IMG/VR virus record: IMGVR_UViG_3300027977_000007
Reading direction: 5' to 3' (one strand)
Length of the DNA: 64,000 bases
Origin: a virus
In this document: one piece after another, positions 39,428 through 49,671 of the stretch
Position numbering within the stretch: the stretch's first letter is position 1
Layout: each line of letters begins with the position of its first letter
Translations under genes and position numbers: made by a program
Notes under the pieces: model-generated
Seen by the model: only the letters and a program-made list of their open reading frames with translations
The model's database searches: none
What the model was told of the DNA's origin: nothing

Positions 39428-41494
39428 CTATTCACCTAACATTTTATCAATACCATTAATCATAGTATCAATTTCTTCGTTAACCTTAACATTCTTATCG
39501 TAGACCTTAACCTTTTCATCGATATGTGTAGTCTTTGGCTTAATTGACTCAATCAAGGTGTTAACAAATCGACCACGGTACTTTTCAGTCCTTTTGTTTA
39601 ATTTATTAGCCAATATAACCTTCTGTTCACCCAATACACGCTTTATTCTTTTTACAGATTCGGCAACTTGTTCTGGTGTTTCTTCATCACCAAAAGTTAA
39701 ATCTTCACCACCTTCTGTATTTGTGTCAGTACCTTCTGGTGTTTCACCTTCTGGCGTATCACCTTCTGGTGTATCACCAAAATCTAGGTCTTCACCACCA
39801 GTACCGCCACCACCAAATGAACCACCTAGGCCACCGCCACCGCCACCGCCACCACTAGCAGCTGCGTCACCGCCTTCACCTCCACCATTACCACCACCTT
39901 GTAGTGCTAAGTCCATATCACCATAGACTCTATCAACTACATCAAAGGTACCAGTATGCTTGATAACATTTGCCGAATTAGCTAATTCAGCAGAGGCAGC
40001 TTTTTCTATTCGTTGTTCAAGTAAATCTGATTTTATTTCATCATCTGACCAACCCATAATTTCTCTATGTGCACGAGTCCATGACATCGTAGCAAATCCA
40101 TTACCAGTATCTGATACTGCATCTTTAAGTAACGTAACTTTTTGTTGCATATGTTCAACTCTAAGCATATCAGCTTGTGTTGATGGATTATTTAGGGTTA
40201 ATGTAAAATTATCAAAATCTTCTTCAAAGCCTAATAAGTATAAGTGAATAATAGCTATCTTATTTAATTCTTGAATCATTGATTGTTGAATCCTATTGAT
40301 TGTTCTAGAAAATCTAATATCTTGTAGTGCAAGGTTTTTACCATCACCAGTAGTCTCATCGAACCCTAAGAATGGCTTAGGCACACGTAATGCAGTAAAT
40401 AAGTTATTCCTTAAGTATTCAATATCTGCAATCTGGTCAAGATTAGTTGCACCTGGAAGCGTATCAATTGGGCTTGGTGCATCTTCACTTCTAACTGGTA
40501 TAAAATAATCTTGGTCATTAGCCATTTGATTATATCTTAGGTCCATTTGACCAGTTTGTGAATCCATTACTTGTGCACGTTTGAATCTATCAGCGATACT
40601 ATTAACATATGCTGGTACATCAGCATCATCAATATTACCTACGTATATTTTGTATATTCTTCTTTCTGGTGCTCTAGTAACACGATACACCAACATAGCA
40701 TCCTCAGACATGATAAGTTGTTTCCAAATACGTCTAGCTTTTTCTAAAAAGCTTGTACCATATGGTAAACGTTTATCCTCACCCAATAATCTAAAGTGGG
40801 CCATTTGCCATGAGTTGAACTCAACATTACGACCCCTCCATATAAATTTTGTTTTATCTGTTTTGTTAGATGATAAATCTACCTCTACAGTACTTCCGTT
40901 AATAACACTAAATAAATCATTCTCCCTACGGTCCATTTCATAGTTTGGCATTTGCTTAGCGCCAATAATACCGTTTGCATCATCGATATTTAAATAAACG
41001 AAATTATCACCGTATTTACATGTGTTTCTAGTCCACATAGGTAATGATGTATGAATATCAAGCCTATTATAAAATAAGTCCTCTAATATACCCTTAACAC
41101 GCTTACTATCAGAATAAATATTCATTATTTTACCCTTATCGTTAACGGTTGTGGATTCTTCCATCATTACGTCTAATGCGGCAGCGATGGCTGGATAAAA
41201 CTCCATATTCTCAAAATCACTATATGATGCAATTCTTGTTGTTTCATAGTTGATAGATTGTTGAAATAATCCGCTATCAACTCTAGACCATTGATTTGCT
41301 AGAAATCTATTCTGTTGTTGTTGTAGCTTAATCCTATCAAAATCAGCTTTATTATCCGTTTTTAATAGAACATCACTACCAATATTATATCGTTGAGTAT
41401 TTGTTTTGGCTTGTGCTTGTTTTGGTCTAGTGTTCTCAGGATTAATAACTTGTCCAAGACGTTGAAATATAGTTAAATTATTTTGCTGTGCCAT
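39428..41494 (-). CDS. gp20: portal protein (T4 gp20-like)
   Basis: PYGTSFLEKARRIWKQL..EDAMLVYRVTRAPERRIY.I.VGN, IDTLPG, LFTALRVP; Gly/acidic low-complexity tail. Confidence 0.93.
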   Translation of the reverse strand: MAQQNNLTIFQRLGQVINPENTRPKQAQAKTNTQRYNIGSDVLLKTDNKADFDRIKLQQQQNRFLANQWSRVDSGLFQQSINYETTRIASYSDFENMEFYPAIAAALDVMMEESTTVNDKGKIMNIYSDSKRVKGILEDLFYNRLDIHTSLPMWTRNTCKYGDNFVYLNIDDANGIIGAKQMPNYEMDRRENDLFSVINGSTVEVDLSSNKTDKTKFIWRGRNVEFNSWQMAHFRLLGEDKRLPYGTSFLEKARRIWKQLIMSEDAMLVYRVTRAPERRIYKIYVGNIDDADVPAYVNSIADRFKRAQVMDSQTGQMDLRYNQMANDQDYFIPVRSEDAPSPIDTLPGATNLDQIADIEYLRNNLFTALRVPKPFLGFDETTGDGKNLALQDIRFSRTINRIQQSMIQELNKIAIIHLYLLGFEEDFDNFTLTLNNPSTQADMLRVEHMQQKVTLLKDAVSDTGNGFATMSWTRAHREIMGWSDDEIKSDLLEQRIEKAASAELANSANVIKHTGTFDVVDRVYGDMDLALQGGGNGGGEGGDAAASGGGGGGGGLGGSFGGGGTGGEDLDFGDTPEGDTPEGETPEGTDTNTEGGEDLTFGDEETPEQVAESVKRIKRVLGEQKVILANKLNKRTEKYRGRFVNTLIESIKPKTTHIDEKVKVYDKNVKVNEEIDTMINGIDKMLGE

Positions 41495-41536
41495 TGTTTT
41501 ATTTCTATTTTAATTATTATTTGTTAAAAGTCAAGA

Positions 41537-43321
41537 TTATTTAATACCACGAAATAACCAAGCATATTGACCTGTTGGGTCTTGCATATTCTTAGATACA
41601 ATCGGGCTGAAATTAGGTCTAGAATGATTAACGCTATTACCACCTTGTTTGCTAGAGAAACCAGTTCCACGTTCTTTCTCTATTTCAATTGGTTGGCTAC
41701 TACCAAGTATCCAACTACTTAACATAGCTTTATTTTGTTTTTCTAAACGCTCTAGATTCTTAAAAGAGTGTTCTAGGACCCAAAGGGCCATAGCCAATGC
41801 CATTATTAGGTCATCATGGAAACCATCTTGATGGTCTGGTTTACCGTTCTTATAGATGAATGTCTTTAGCTCTGTCGCTAATCTAATTGAGCGAATCTTA
41901 ATTTCATTTGTTCTAATTTTATATTCTAAATTAGAAATCATCGGTAAACGAACAGATGTTGCTTGAAAACCAGGTATTTTATTTTCTTTATTATGCGATG
42001 ATAACTCACGTTGTCTAGCAGATAAAATCTTACCATTTTGTGTATCATAATGTAGCCTCTTATAATCAAATTCTAAGAGTTTTAATACCGTAGAAACACC
42101 CATACCACCAGTAATATCAACTACGGTATAAGCCTTATATAGATTACCATATTCTTCGACTATCTGGGCCATTAAGTCTGGTTGTATCTTACCTTGATAT
42201 TCCATAACTTGTTCCATAGTTGTAAAATCAACAATAACCATCGTGGATGAATCTTGACCGTCACCCCTAGCTATATCGACACCGACTATGTACTGATGAC
42301 CTTCTTTAGGTTCAGCCCATATCCAGAACTCATTATCAGCACCACTAGTATATAAGGGGTCAATAACATTATGTTTAACTTGATACTCAATATATTCTTC
42401 CTCAATCACGTTACCACCAGACCCAATAAATGATACATCTAGTTCTTGAGCAATCATCTTACGGTCATTATTCATACCCAAACACATCTCTTCATACCAA
42501 GATGAAGTTGGTTTCCAACCATCATTTAATCTTCTATTGTATGAATCAAATGTGAACTCTACTTCTTCTTCAATCTCATCACCTCGTAACCATCTAAGGT
42601 CTTTGTTATAGCGCAAATCTTCATACCATTTCATTTCAATGATATTAAAATTATTATCTTTTGTTTTAGCCTTAGCATATGTTCGATAGTATAGAGAATC
42701 CATACCATGTGGCGTTGAAATTAAGGTAGCCTTACCACCACTACCTAAAGCGGTTAACGCAGCACCAAATACTTCAGCACCGTTATCAATAAAGGCTGCT
42801 TCATCCATTATAAGGTATGTTGGTGCGAAACCACGTAGAGCATCCTTAGATGTAGCAACCGCTTTAACACGGCTACCATTTGGAAGTCTAATTTCTTTTT
42901 TTGAATCAACGATAAATATTGACTTAGCTTCGTTTTTAGGGTTACCATAATATTCGGTACCCCAAATCCATCTTGGTAATTGGTCAAGAAAGTCTTTTAT
43001 CTTACCCAAGAATTCAAATGCTAATTCTTGTTTGTTTGCGATGATTAGTACCGCTTCTGGGTTATTCTCGTCAGCAAAACCAACCTTTATAGACATGTAA
43101 GCGGCTGTGGTTGTTGACACACCAGCTTGTCTAGGCTTGGTGACCAAATTAAACCTATGCTGTTCGTAGGCTAAGATAATTTCTTTTTGTCTTGGGAATA
43201 ATTTGAATGGGACAAAACCTTCTTGTGTCTTATCAAATGTAACTAAATATGTTTCAATTGCGTATGTTGGACTAGCTAAACATTTAGCGTATTCTGTATA
43301 TATTTCTAATGTCGTTAGCAT
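41537..43321 (-). CDS. gp17: terminase large subunit (T4 gp17-like)
   Basis: KPRQAGVST, LIMDEAAF, ISTPHG, GVDIARGDGQDSS, HDDLIMALA; ATATTTAT at 43340-43333. Confidence 0.95.
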   Translation of the reverse strand: MLTTLEIYTEYAKCLASPTYAIETYLVTFDKTQEGFVPFKLFPRQKEIILAYEQHRFNLVTKPRQAGVSTTTAAYMSIKVGFADENNPEAVLIIANKQELAFEFLGKIKDFLDQLPRWIWGTEYYGNPKNEAKSIFIVDSKKEIRLPNGSRVKAVATSKDALRGFAPTYLIMDEAAFIDNGAEVFGAALTALGSGGKATLISTPHGMDSLYYRTYAKAKTKDNNFNIIEMKWYEDLRYNKDLRWLRGDEIEEEVEFTFDSYNRRLNDGWKPTSSWYEEMCLGMNNDRKMIAQELDVSFIGSGGNVIEEEYIEYQVKHNVIDPLYTSGADNEFWIWAEPKEGHQYIVGVDIARGDGQDSSTMVIVDFTTMEQVMEYQGKIQPDLMAQIVEEYGNLYKAYTVVDITGGMGVSTVLKLLEFDYKRLHYDTQNGKILSARQRELSSHNKENKIPGFQATSVRLPMISNLEYKIRTNEIKIRSIRLATELKTFIYKNGKPDHQDGFHDDLIMALAMALWVLEHSFKNLERLEKQNKAMLSSWILGSSQPIEIEKERGTGFSSKQGGNSVNHSRPNFSPIVSKNMQDPTGQYAWLFRGIK

Positions 43322-43352
43322 AATATTTTATTATAAATATGCTAATAACGAA

Positions 43353-43376
43353 TAAAGGCCCATATGGGCCTTTATT
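43353..43376. terminator. hairpin terminator
   Basis: TAAAGGCCC-ATAT-GGGCCTTTA. Confidence 0.7.
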
Positions 43377-44686
43377 TACATTAATTCATCTAAGTCAAAT
43401 CCTTCTGGTTCTTGACTATCATCGTCACCAAATAATTCCTTAAAACCAAACCCATCCGAATCTTGTTCACCAAAAAGTTCTTTAAATTCAAAGCCTTCAG
43501 AATCGTTTTTTTCTTTATGTATTTTATTAGAATCAATCTCATCCATAGCTTCATTGAAGTCATCTTCTTGTAAACTAGCTTTAACTTCATCGACTACCGC
43601 TTTAATTATTTTTTTACCTTCTTTGGTATTAGCCATAATTTCTCGCATCTTTACGTTAAACTCTCTAACTGGCAATGCAGCCAATTCAGAATATATGTGA
43701 TGCTTTAAATGGAAATCATCTGGTTCGATTAAGTTAGTAAATCTACTCCATAATGCTGGACCTATACGCATATCCCAAGGTTCAGCAGCCAAAAAATCTG
43801 CCTTATTAATAACATATTCACCGATTCGTTTATTCTTAGGTAAGCCATGTGCAGATAATAACTCCATAACACCCTTAACCAATTCGTGAATTAATACTGG
43901 GAATACTAAGGCTTGTGCATATATTACGGCTTTTGGATTAGACTCAGTTGGGAATTGTACTCTAACTACGCCACCATTTTTTGAATCCTCAAGATTTGGT
44001 AAGATATAATAAGTGTAATCAGCGCTAGCCATCATCTTAGAATACTTATTTGGCAATCTAGGGTCCATATCAGTTAATTCCTCATCAACCAAATGAAACA
44101 TATGATTACATTTTTTTGCTGAACCCTGTGTCATAGCATTTAGGAATCTACGCTTATAAACTTCTTCATTAGCATTAACTAATTCGTCATGGTTCTTAAA
44201 GCTAGACTCAGTTGACATTGGCTTGGCATTTTTAATCGTTCCAACCATATTAATTTCGTTAGTTAATTCACAATTAATTTCAACAATGTCATCAGCCATA
44301 TCAAATTCTTCACGAATCATCCTTTCGGCTAGCTTTTCAAGCTTTTTTTTGTGCTTTGCCTCTAAGCCTTGGGTTTCATAAACCAAGGGCATTAATTCAC
44401 TTAAAACAACTTTATTATCAATAGAATCAACATCATAAGCTCTCTTATAACGCTTTGCAACTTCACTAAAACGTTCACCCATAATCTTTTCTTCAAAGGT
44501 TGATTCATCATCATCTGGAAATATTGGATGCTTACCTAATGAGTGTTGTCGATTCATTAAATCTGATTCTAATTTAGGTGCCATTCGTTCAGATAATCCT
44601 TCTGGATAAACAACGCTTTCATTTAAGCCTTTGCTTTTATTTGCTCTGTTTAAAGCAGATTGGAGAATTTTTTTATAATCACTCAT
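43376..44686 (-). CDS. hypothetical head-associated protein
   Basis: 436 aa; PVLIHELVKG; C-terminal repeats EGFEFKELFG/DGFGFKELFG/EGFDLDELM. Confidence 0.65.
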   Translation of the reverse strand: MSDYKKILQSALNRANKSKGLNESVVYPEGLSERMAPKLESDLMNRQHSLGKHPIFPDDDESTFEEKIMGERFSEVAKRYKRAYDVDSIDNKVVLSELMPLVYETQGLEAKHKKKLEKLAERMIREEFDMADDIVEINCELTNEINMVGTIKNAKPMSTESSFKNHDELVNANEEVYKRRFLNAMTQGSAKKCNHMFHLVDEELTDMDPRLPNKYSKMMASADYTYYILPNLEDSKNGGVVRVQFPTESNPKAVIYAQALVFPVLIHELVKGVMELLSAHGLPKNKRIGEYVINKADFLAAEPWDMRIGPALWSRFTNLIEPDDFHLKHHIYSELAALPVREFNVKMREIMANTKEGKKIIKAVVDEVKASLQEDDFNEAMDEIDSNKIHKEKNDSEGFEFKELFGEQDSDGFGFKELFGDDDSQEPEGFDLDELM

Positions 44687-44687
44687 A

Positions 44688-45725
44688 TTATTTGCTTATT
44701 TTTTTTATTAGGTTTTCTTCTAATTGTGCTTTACTAATAATACGTCTTTCGGTAGTTACTTGTGCTTGTGGTTCAGTATCACCAGTTGCGATATCTTTAT
44801 AACTACTAATAATGGTACTTAGTTTCCCAAGCGGTACACCAATTTCTTTAGCCATAGCGGTTAGGAATTGAGCTTGTTCTATTGGTTTATCTAACTTAGC
44901 TAAGTAAATACTAAATTTATTTTTTATAAGATTAGCTAACTTGGTAACATCAGCCTGTAACTTAGGTACATCAGTACCATCGGTACTAACAGCTTCAACC
45001 TCATTCATTGCAGATTTAAAATAATTACCAAATCTAAAACGTTTCAAGCCCTTAACATCCATATAATCTTCATCTGGCCCTAAACCTTGTCCAGATTTAA
45101 TCATATCTCTATTTGTTTTAAATTTTGCAACAACCTCACCAGTATTTATGTTAACAAAAAAATGTTTAAATGATGGGTCGATATCACTTAAATTGATATA
45201 AGCCATAAGTGAACCCTTATCTTCATCTTGTTTAATTTCCTTAACATGTGGAACCACTTGTATATCTTGCCCAACCATACCCATAGCTTCTTTCATTGGC
45301 TTGGCGATGTTTTGGTCAAAGTATTCCATCGTATGAATAATATTCTCATTATTTTCATTAAGGTCATCAAAACAATATACACCCATAACAACAGCATTAG
45401 CTGAGTTAATCCCCCTAACCAATTGATATTGCTTATCACCAATATTAAACGGCTTTGAAACATCACCAGTATTAGAATCCTTAACGTTTGATAAATACCT
45501 TAGTGTTTCAGCGTCCTTTGGTTCTATGATAGCATCTTGTTCCATCATCGATGACATAGACGCACCCATATCTTTAGCATTGCTTTTACCACCCAATTCA
45601 AACTCAATATCCTTGTTAGTTTTTTGAATTTGAGACATGCTCTTTGTAATAGCTGGATTTTTAAGGTCGTCTTTGCTTACATGTATCTTAAATTTGTCAT
45701 CTTCAGAAATATTGTGTTTTTTCAT
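44688..45725 (-). CDS. hypothetical protein
   Basis: 345-aa ORF in late operon. Confidence 0.65.
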   Translation of the reverse strand: MKKHNISEDDKFKIHVSKDDLKNPAITKSMSQIQKTNKDIEFELGGKSNAKDMGASMSSMMEQDAIIEPKDAETLRYLSNVKDSNTGDVSKPFNIGDKQYQLVRGINSANAVVMGVYCFDDLNENNENIIHTMEYFDQNIAKPMKEAMGMVGQDIQVVPHVKEIKQDEDKGSLMAYINLSDIDPSFKHFFVNINTGEVVAKFKTNRDMIKSGQGLGPDEDYMDVKGLKRFRFGNYFKSAMNEVEAVSTDGTDVPKLQADVTKLANLIKNKFSIYLAKLDKPIEQAQFLTAMAKEIGVPLGKLSTIISSYKDIATGDTEPQAQVTTERRIISKAQLEENLIKKISK

Positions 45726-45728
45726 AAT

Positions 45729-46121
45729 CTATTTTGTGTATTTAAGTATTAGGTCTTTTTCATAAAGTTTATCTTGTGTCTCAGAAATGGTTTCACCAAA
45801 CCTGAAACTAAGTCGTTTATCTGGATATGTTTCATACGCATTCACATTCTCCCAAGCCAATGCGATAACATCATCCACAGCGTCCCAAACAGCAAATGTA
45901 TCACTGTTTTGAATTACGTCCAAGTTTAACTCAGACTCTAACCTACCAACCTTTTTAATGTAAAATTCGTCTGGTGGTTGTGGTCTACCAGATGCTGGAT
46001 AGGTATCCCAATCGACACCATCAACATCATCAGTTGTGTCAGAGAATATAAACTCATAAAAATAGTTACCCTCATAATTTTTACCGACATAATTTATATA
46101 AATTAAAAAAAATTCATCCAT
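45729..46121 (-). CDS. acidic hypothetical protein
   Basis: 130-aa ORF in late operon. Confidence 0.65.
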   Translation of the reverse strand: MDEFFLIYINYVGKNYEGNYFYEFIFSDTTDDVDGVDWDTYPASGRPQPPDEFYIKKVGRLESELNLDVIQNSDTFAVWDAVDDVIALAWENVNAYETYPDKRLSFRFGETISETQDKLYEKDLILKYTK

Positions 46122-46153
46122 TAATCATTCAATAATTCAAAGCATTGTTATTT

Positions 46154-48946
46154 TCATTTAGTACCATTAGCTTTAGGTCTTGGTTGTACATTTGGCATTG
46201 GTAAAAATGGTTTATTTTTTCTACTAGGTGATGGTTTTGTGTTAGGCTCCACCATTGGTTGAACTTTAGGGTCAATAGTTGGCGCAGTCATTGGTTCAGC
46301 ATCTTGACCAAATGTTTCTTGTAGCTTCATACGTATATAGTTTTCATTAAAGGTAGTGTTTTTTGTTGAATTTTCCAAATCTTCACCAACAATTTTAGAT
46401 ACAGGTGTTGAAGACCACATCTTACATGACCAATACTTAGGTGTTGTTCTATCTTTAGCGTCACTGCATTTATGTCTGGCCCTAAATGATTTTCGTCTTT
46501 TTGGGTCGTCTCTTTTTATTTCCATATTAGGGTCACCAAAATTAACTTTAACTACATTACCCTTCTCATTTTTAACATAAACCTTAAATTTCTTAACGTC
46601 ACCTTTCATTGGTTTTCCTAGTGGTTTATCATCATATTTACCTTCATAGAGGTTAGCATCCTCAACTGTACCGTACTCATCTTCATACCCAGCTTCAGAA
46701 TCACCATCATAAGCATCTAATGTGTTTGTTAAGAAATGATAAACTTCTTCCATATCGTCATTAGATGTTGCTATGTGGTCTAAAGCCCACCCATGACCAT
46801 CATTTAATAATGCATCTACACTATTATAATCCATCTCTAATAATTCTTTAGATGCGTGTTGAATAGTTTTAAGACTTGACCAAAACATATAATTGTTTGA
46901 TTCGTGTTCACCTTCATTAACTACTATACCTTCGATAGCAGCTTCAATAAAATGATATACTTCTTCAACATCATCTTTTGATGTAATAACATGCTCGACA
47001 GCCCATTGATGACCATCAGCAATCAATGCATCAACTTCTTGTTCGTTCATACCCAATATTTCAGTTGCATTATCATAAATTCCTTTTAGATTTTGCCAGA
47101 ACATATAGTTGTTAGATTCTTCTTCTTGATTTTGTTGATAAATACTTAATTTGTTTTCATTGGCGGCTTTTTTACCCCATGAATCACCCTTACCTTTTGT
47201 CTTACAAGCACTAGGTGTTGGTCTGCAAGATGGATATTTACTTCTTTCTTCACCATCCTTTCTACCACATGGCTTACATTTTCCGTCTCTACATGTGTTG
47301 CAATCTACCCAACCACTACTACCTTCACCACCTCTTCTAGAAAACCAACCATGTAGACCGCTTTCTTTTTCTTTTGAAAAATCAGTTTTTTTAGCGGCCT
47401 CATCAATTTGTTCGTCCGTCATGTTTTTATAATCACCTAACTTATCTAGGTCTTCTTCTTTAATTCCTTTCCAAATCTTACCTTTTCTACATCTAACAAC
47501 AGCACCCGAATTTCCAGTTATTGTGATAATACCACGACCTTCAGTTTCTTGCATCATAACCCAAGTACCATTTTCTGTTTCTGGACACCAAACATCTGAA
47601 ATATTTTCTTTAACTAATTTAAAATTAGATGTGTTTTTAAGGGGTTTATTGCTACTATAATGACATGAATAAATGTCTTTATCTTTAGCTTTTTTCCAAG
47701 TTACTAGACCAGAGTTTAAAAAGGCTGATAACAAAAATGCGTCTCTATGCTCAATATCTTTTTGTTTAAAACCAAAAGATTGTTTACCATGTGGACCAGT
47801 ATATAACCAATTTAATTTATCAATTTTATTTATATTTTCAGTTAGTCTTTCTACTTTTTGTTGATTACCATCATAAACGATAGCACTAAATAACCATGCT
47901 TGTCTTTGTTCACTAGTTATATCTAAAATATATTTTACCCAATTAGTTCCATATTTAAATATTTCATCTAACTTAACATTATTACCACCATTATATGGTG
48001 CTGAAACAACCAAACTTTTATTATTCTTATTTGCTAATAAATCACTAGTCTCAATTAAAGCTTTATCATTTATTCTATCATATTTTTGCAATCTATTTCC
48101 TTTAATATCTGGTAATTTAACAACCCACTTATGATTATCAGTTGCTTCAAATATAAAACCATTATTGCCGCTTCTAACTACATTAGTTTTAACATCTTTA
48201 TATCTATGCAAATTTAATATTGGTTTAAATTCCAACTCATCTCTTTCAATATTATATGTCATTATTTCGTCACCTAGATTAAGTTGATTAACATCCTTCC
48301 AACCATCTCTAGTTAAAGCTTTAGATGTGTTTTCTGGAACACAAGCATAGGCCGATGGCCATACATCATACTTACGTTTTGCAATTCTAGTACATCTATC
48401 AGATTCATCTAATATATCATTAGAACCTTCTTGGAACATATTGTTTTTTTTAGGTTTATCTAAAAATAAATTTTCATAAACTGTAAGTTCGTCTAATTCT
48501 TCTAATTCAGCGTCAACCTTAACATCTAAATCTTCTGGATTCGTTGTATCTGTAGATGGCTCTGTATCTGTGCTACCAGCCTTTTTAACTTTATTTATGA
48601 TATCTTTTTGGTCTTCAGCATCCATCTCTGAAGTGTGTGATGCCGCTATTACAGAATTAATAGCAAATTTTTCTAATGCGAAATCTGGTTGACCTTGAGC
48701 TTCAGTATATTTTCTAAGCGACTGTCCAAGTTTCCCAGTTAGTTGCTCGATATATTTCTTAGGGTCTGTCTCTTCATCGGCCTCAACACCAGCATCAAAT
48801 GGCTTATCATCAAATGGCTTATCATTTGCTGGTGCTGGTGCTGCTAATGGCGCTGCTGCTTGCGATGGTGCTGGTGCTGGTGCTGGTGCTGGTGCTGGCT
48901 CAGATGAACCAGCAACCTTTAACTTATATTTTGTTTCTTCAGTTAA
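46154..48946 (-). CDS. modular multi-domain protein containing an intein; frame open back to the A11 slip site, probably made as a -1 frameshift fusion with 48943..49638
   Basis: Frame has no stop upstream of the track's Met (48625) back to 48946, reading LTEETKYKLKVAGSSEPAPAPAP...HTSEMDAED, with no ATG in between. Confidence 0.75.
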   Translation of the reverse strand, partial: LTEETKYKLKVAGSSEPAPAPAPAPAPSQAAAPLAAPAPANDKPFDDKPFDAGVEADEETDPKKYIEQLTGKLGQSLRKYTEAQGQPDFALEKFAINSVIAASHTSEMDAEDQKDIINKVKKAGSTDTEPSTDTTNPEDLDVKVDAELEELDELTVYENLFLDKPKKNNMFQEGSNDILDESDRCTRIAKRKYDVWPSAYACVPENTSKALTRDGWKDVNQLNLGDEIMTYNIERDELEFKPILNLHRYKDVKTNVVRSGNNGFIFEATDNHKWVVKLPDIKGNRLQKYDRINDKALIETSDLLANKNNKSLVVSAPYNGGNNVKLDEIFKYGTNWVKYILDITSEQRQAWLFSAIVYDGNQQKVERLTENINKIDKLNWLYTGPHGKQSFGFKQKDIEHRDAFLLSAFLNSGLVTWKKAKDKDIYSCHYSSNKPLKNTSNFKLVKENISDVWCPETENGTWVMMQETEGRGIITITGNSGAVVRCRKGKIWKGIKEEDLDKLGDYKNMTDEQIDEAAKKTDFSKEKESGLHGWFSRRGGEGSSGWVDCNTCRDGKCKPCGRKDGEERSKYPSCRPTPSACKTKGKGDSWGKKAANENKLSIYQQNQEEESNNYMFWQNLKGIYDNATEILGMNEQEVDALIADGHQWAVEHVITSKDDVEEVYHFIEAAIEGIVVNEGEHESNNYMFWSSLKTIQHASKELLEMDYNSVDALLNDGHGWALDHIATSNDDMEEVYHFLTNTLDAYDGDSEAGYEDEYGTVEDANLYEGKYDDKPLGKPMKGDVKKFKVYVKNEKGNVVKVNFGDPNMEIKRDDPKRRKSFRARHKCSDAKDRTTPKYWSCKMWSSTPVSKIVGEDLENSTKNTTFNENYIRMKLQETFGQDAEPMTAPTIDPKVQPMVEPNTKPSPSRKNKPFLPMPNVQPRPKANGTK
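47510..48343 (-). mobile_element. intein, 278 aa, with possibly degenerate LAGLIDADG endonuclease
   Basis: Begins CVPENTSKALTRDGWK, block B TDNHKW, block F VWCPETENGTWV, ends ITGN followed by Ser; removal restores WPSAYA|SGAVVRCRK; AWLFSAIVYDGN resembles a LAGLIDADG block. Confidence 0.9.
48793..48898. repeat. coding repeats: 15-bp duplication (DKPFD) and (TGGTGC)x5 Pro-Ala linker
   Basis: CATCAAATGGCTTAT twice at 48793-48822; TGGTGC five times at 48866-48895. Confidence 0.85.
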
Positions 48947-49638
48947 TTTTTTTTTTTATTATTAAGAAGATTGTCAATATTTTTTAAAGTGTTTGAAAAA
49001 GTAATTTTAGACTCATTAACATCATCTTTTTGACCATCTCTTAATTTTTCAAAATCATCAGAATCTAATTTACCGTTTTTGTTAACATCAAGCTTTTTTT
49101 GACCACCCTTAAGTTCTTCTCTAGCTATAATTTCATCTACAGCCTTTTCAGCTTCGGTCAATTCATCATCCTCGTCCTCTTCATCCTCATCTTCTGGCTT
49201 AACACCATACTCAACTTCTCTAGATGCTTTTTCATAATCTTCGTCATCTTCCTCAGATATTAGATTATCATTTTCAAATATATTGATGTCACTACTAACA
49301 TTATAAGCTTCAGCAAGGCTTTTAAACTTTAAATTTAATTGCTTAATGGCTTTAGCGTAAGAAGGGTAAGCTTCTGATTTTTTATTCATAAGACCACCAA
49401 TGTATTGAAAGTCTTCAGCGAGGATACTTGAAGTCTTAGAAGTAACCTTAATATACCACTCGTGATTCTCACGTATAATAGCATATGACTTACCATCTGG
49501 ACCCATCTTAGTTAACTCTACAACAATATTGCTTGTGTTTTCTTTAATAACAGATTTAACACCCATTAATTGTTTCATACGCTCATTGATAGCATCACCC
49601 TTAAGACCTACTGGACTAATATTTATGTTTTTCTTCAT
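48943..49638 (-). CDS. acidic hypothetical protein with EF-hand-like motif (upstream part of the frameshift fusion)
   Basis: 231 aa; DVNKNGKLDSDDF; ends NNKKKN* at the A11 run. Confidence 0.75.
   Translation of the reverse strand: MKKNINISPVGLKGDAINERMKQLMGVKSVIKENTSNIVVELTKMGPDGKSYAIIRENHEWYIKVTSKTSSILAEDFQYIGGLMNKKSEAYPSYAKAIKQLNLKFKSLAEAYNVSSDINIFENDNLISEEDDEDYEKASREVEYGVKPEDEDEEDEDDELTEAEKAVDEIIAREELKGGQKKLDVNKNGKLDSDDFEKLRDGQKDDVNESKITFSNTLKNIDNLLNNKKKN
48947..48957 (-). other. A11 slippery site (-1 frameshift or transcriptional slippage)
   Basis: Minus strand AAT AAA AAA AAA AAT TAA; the -1 frame continues TTA ACT GAA GAA. Confidence 0.7.
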
Positions 49639-49671
49639 TTTAATTTATTGTTTTAAATCTTTTTATTTTAA

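Noticed and set aside
39730-39900. GC-rich stretch in the portal gene as a foreign insertion or structured RNA
   Set aside because: It is explained by the in-frame Gly-rich and PEG-repeat low-complexity tail.
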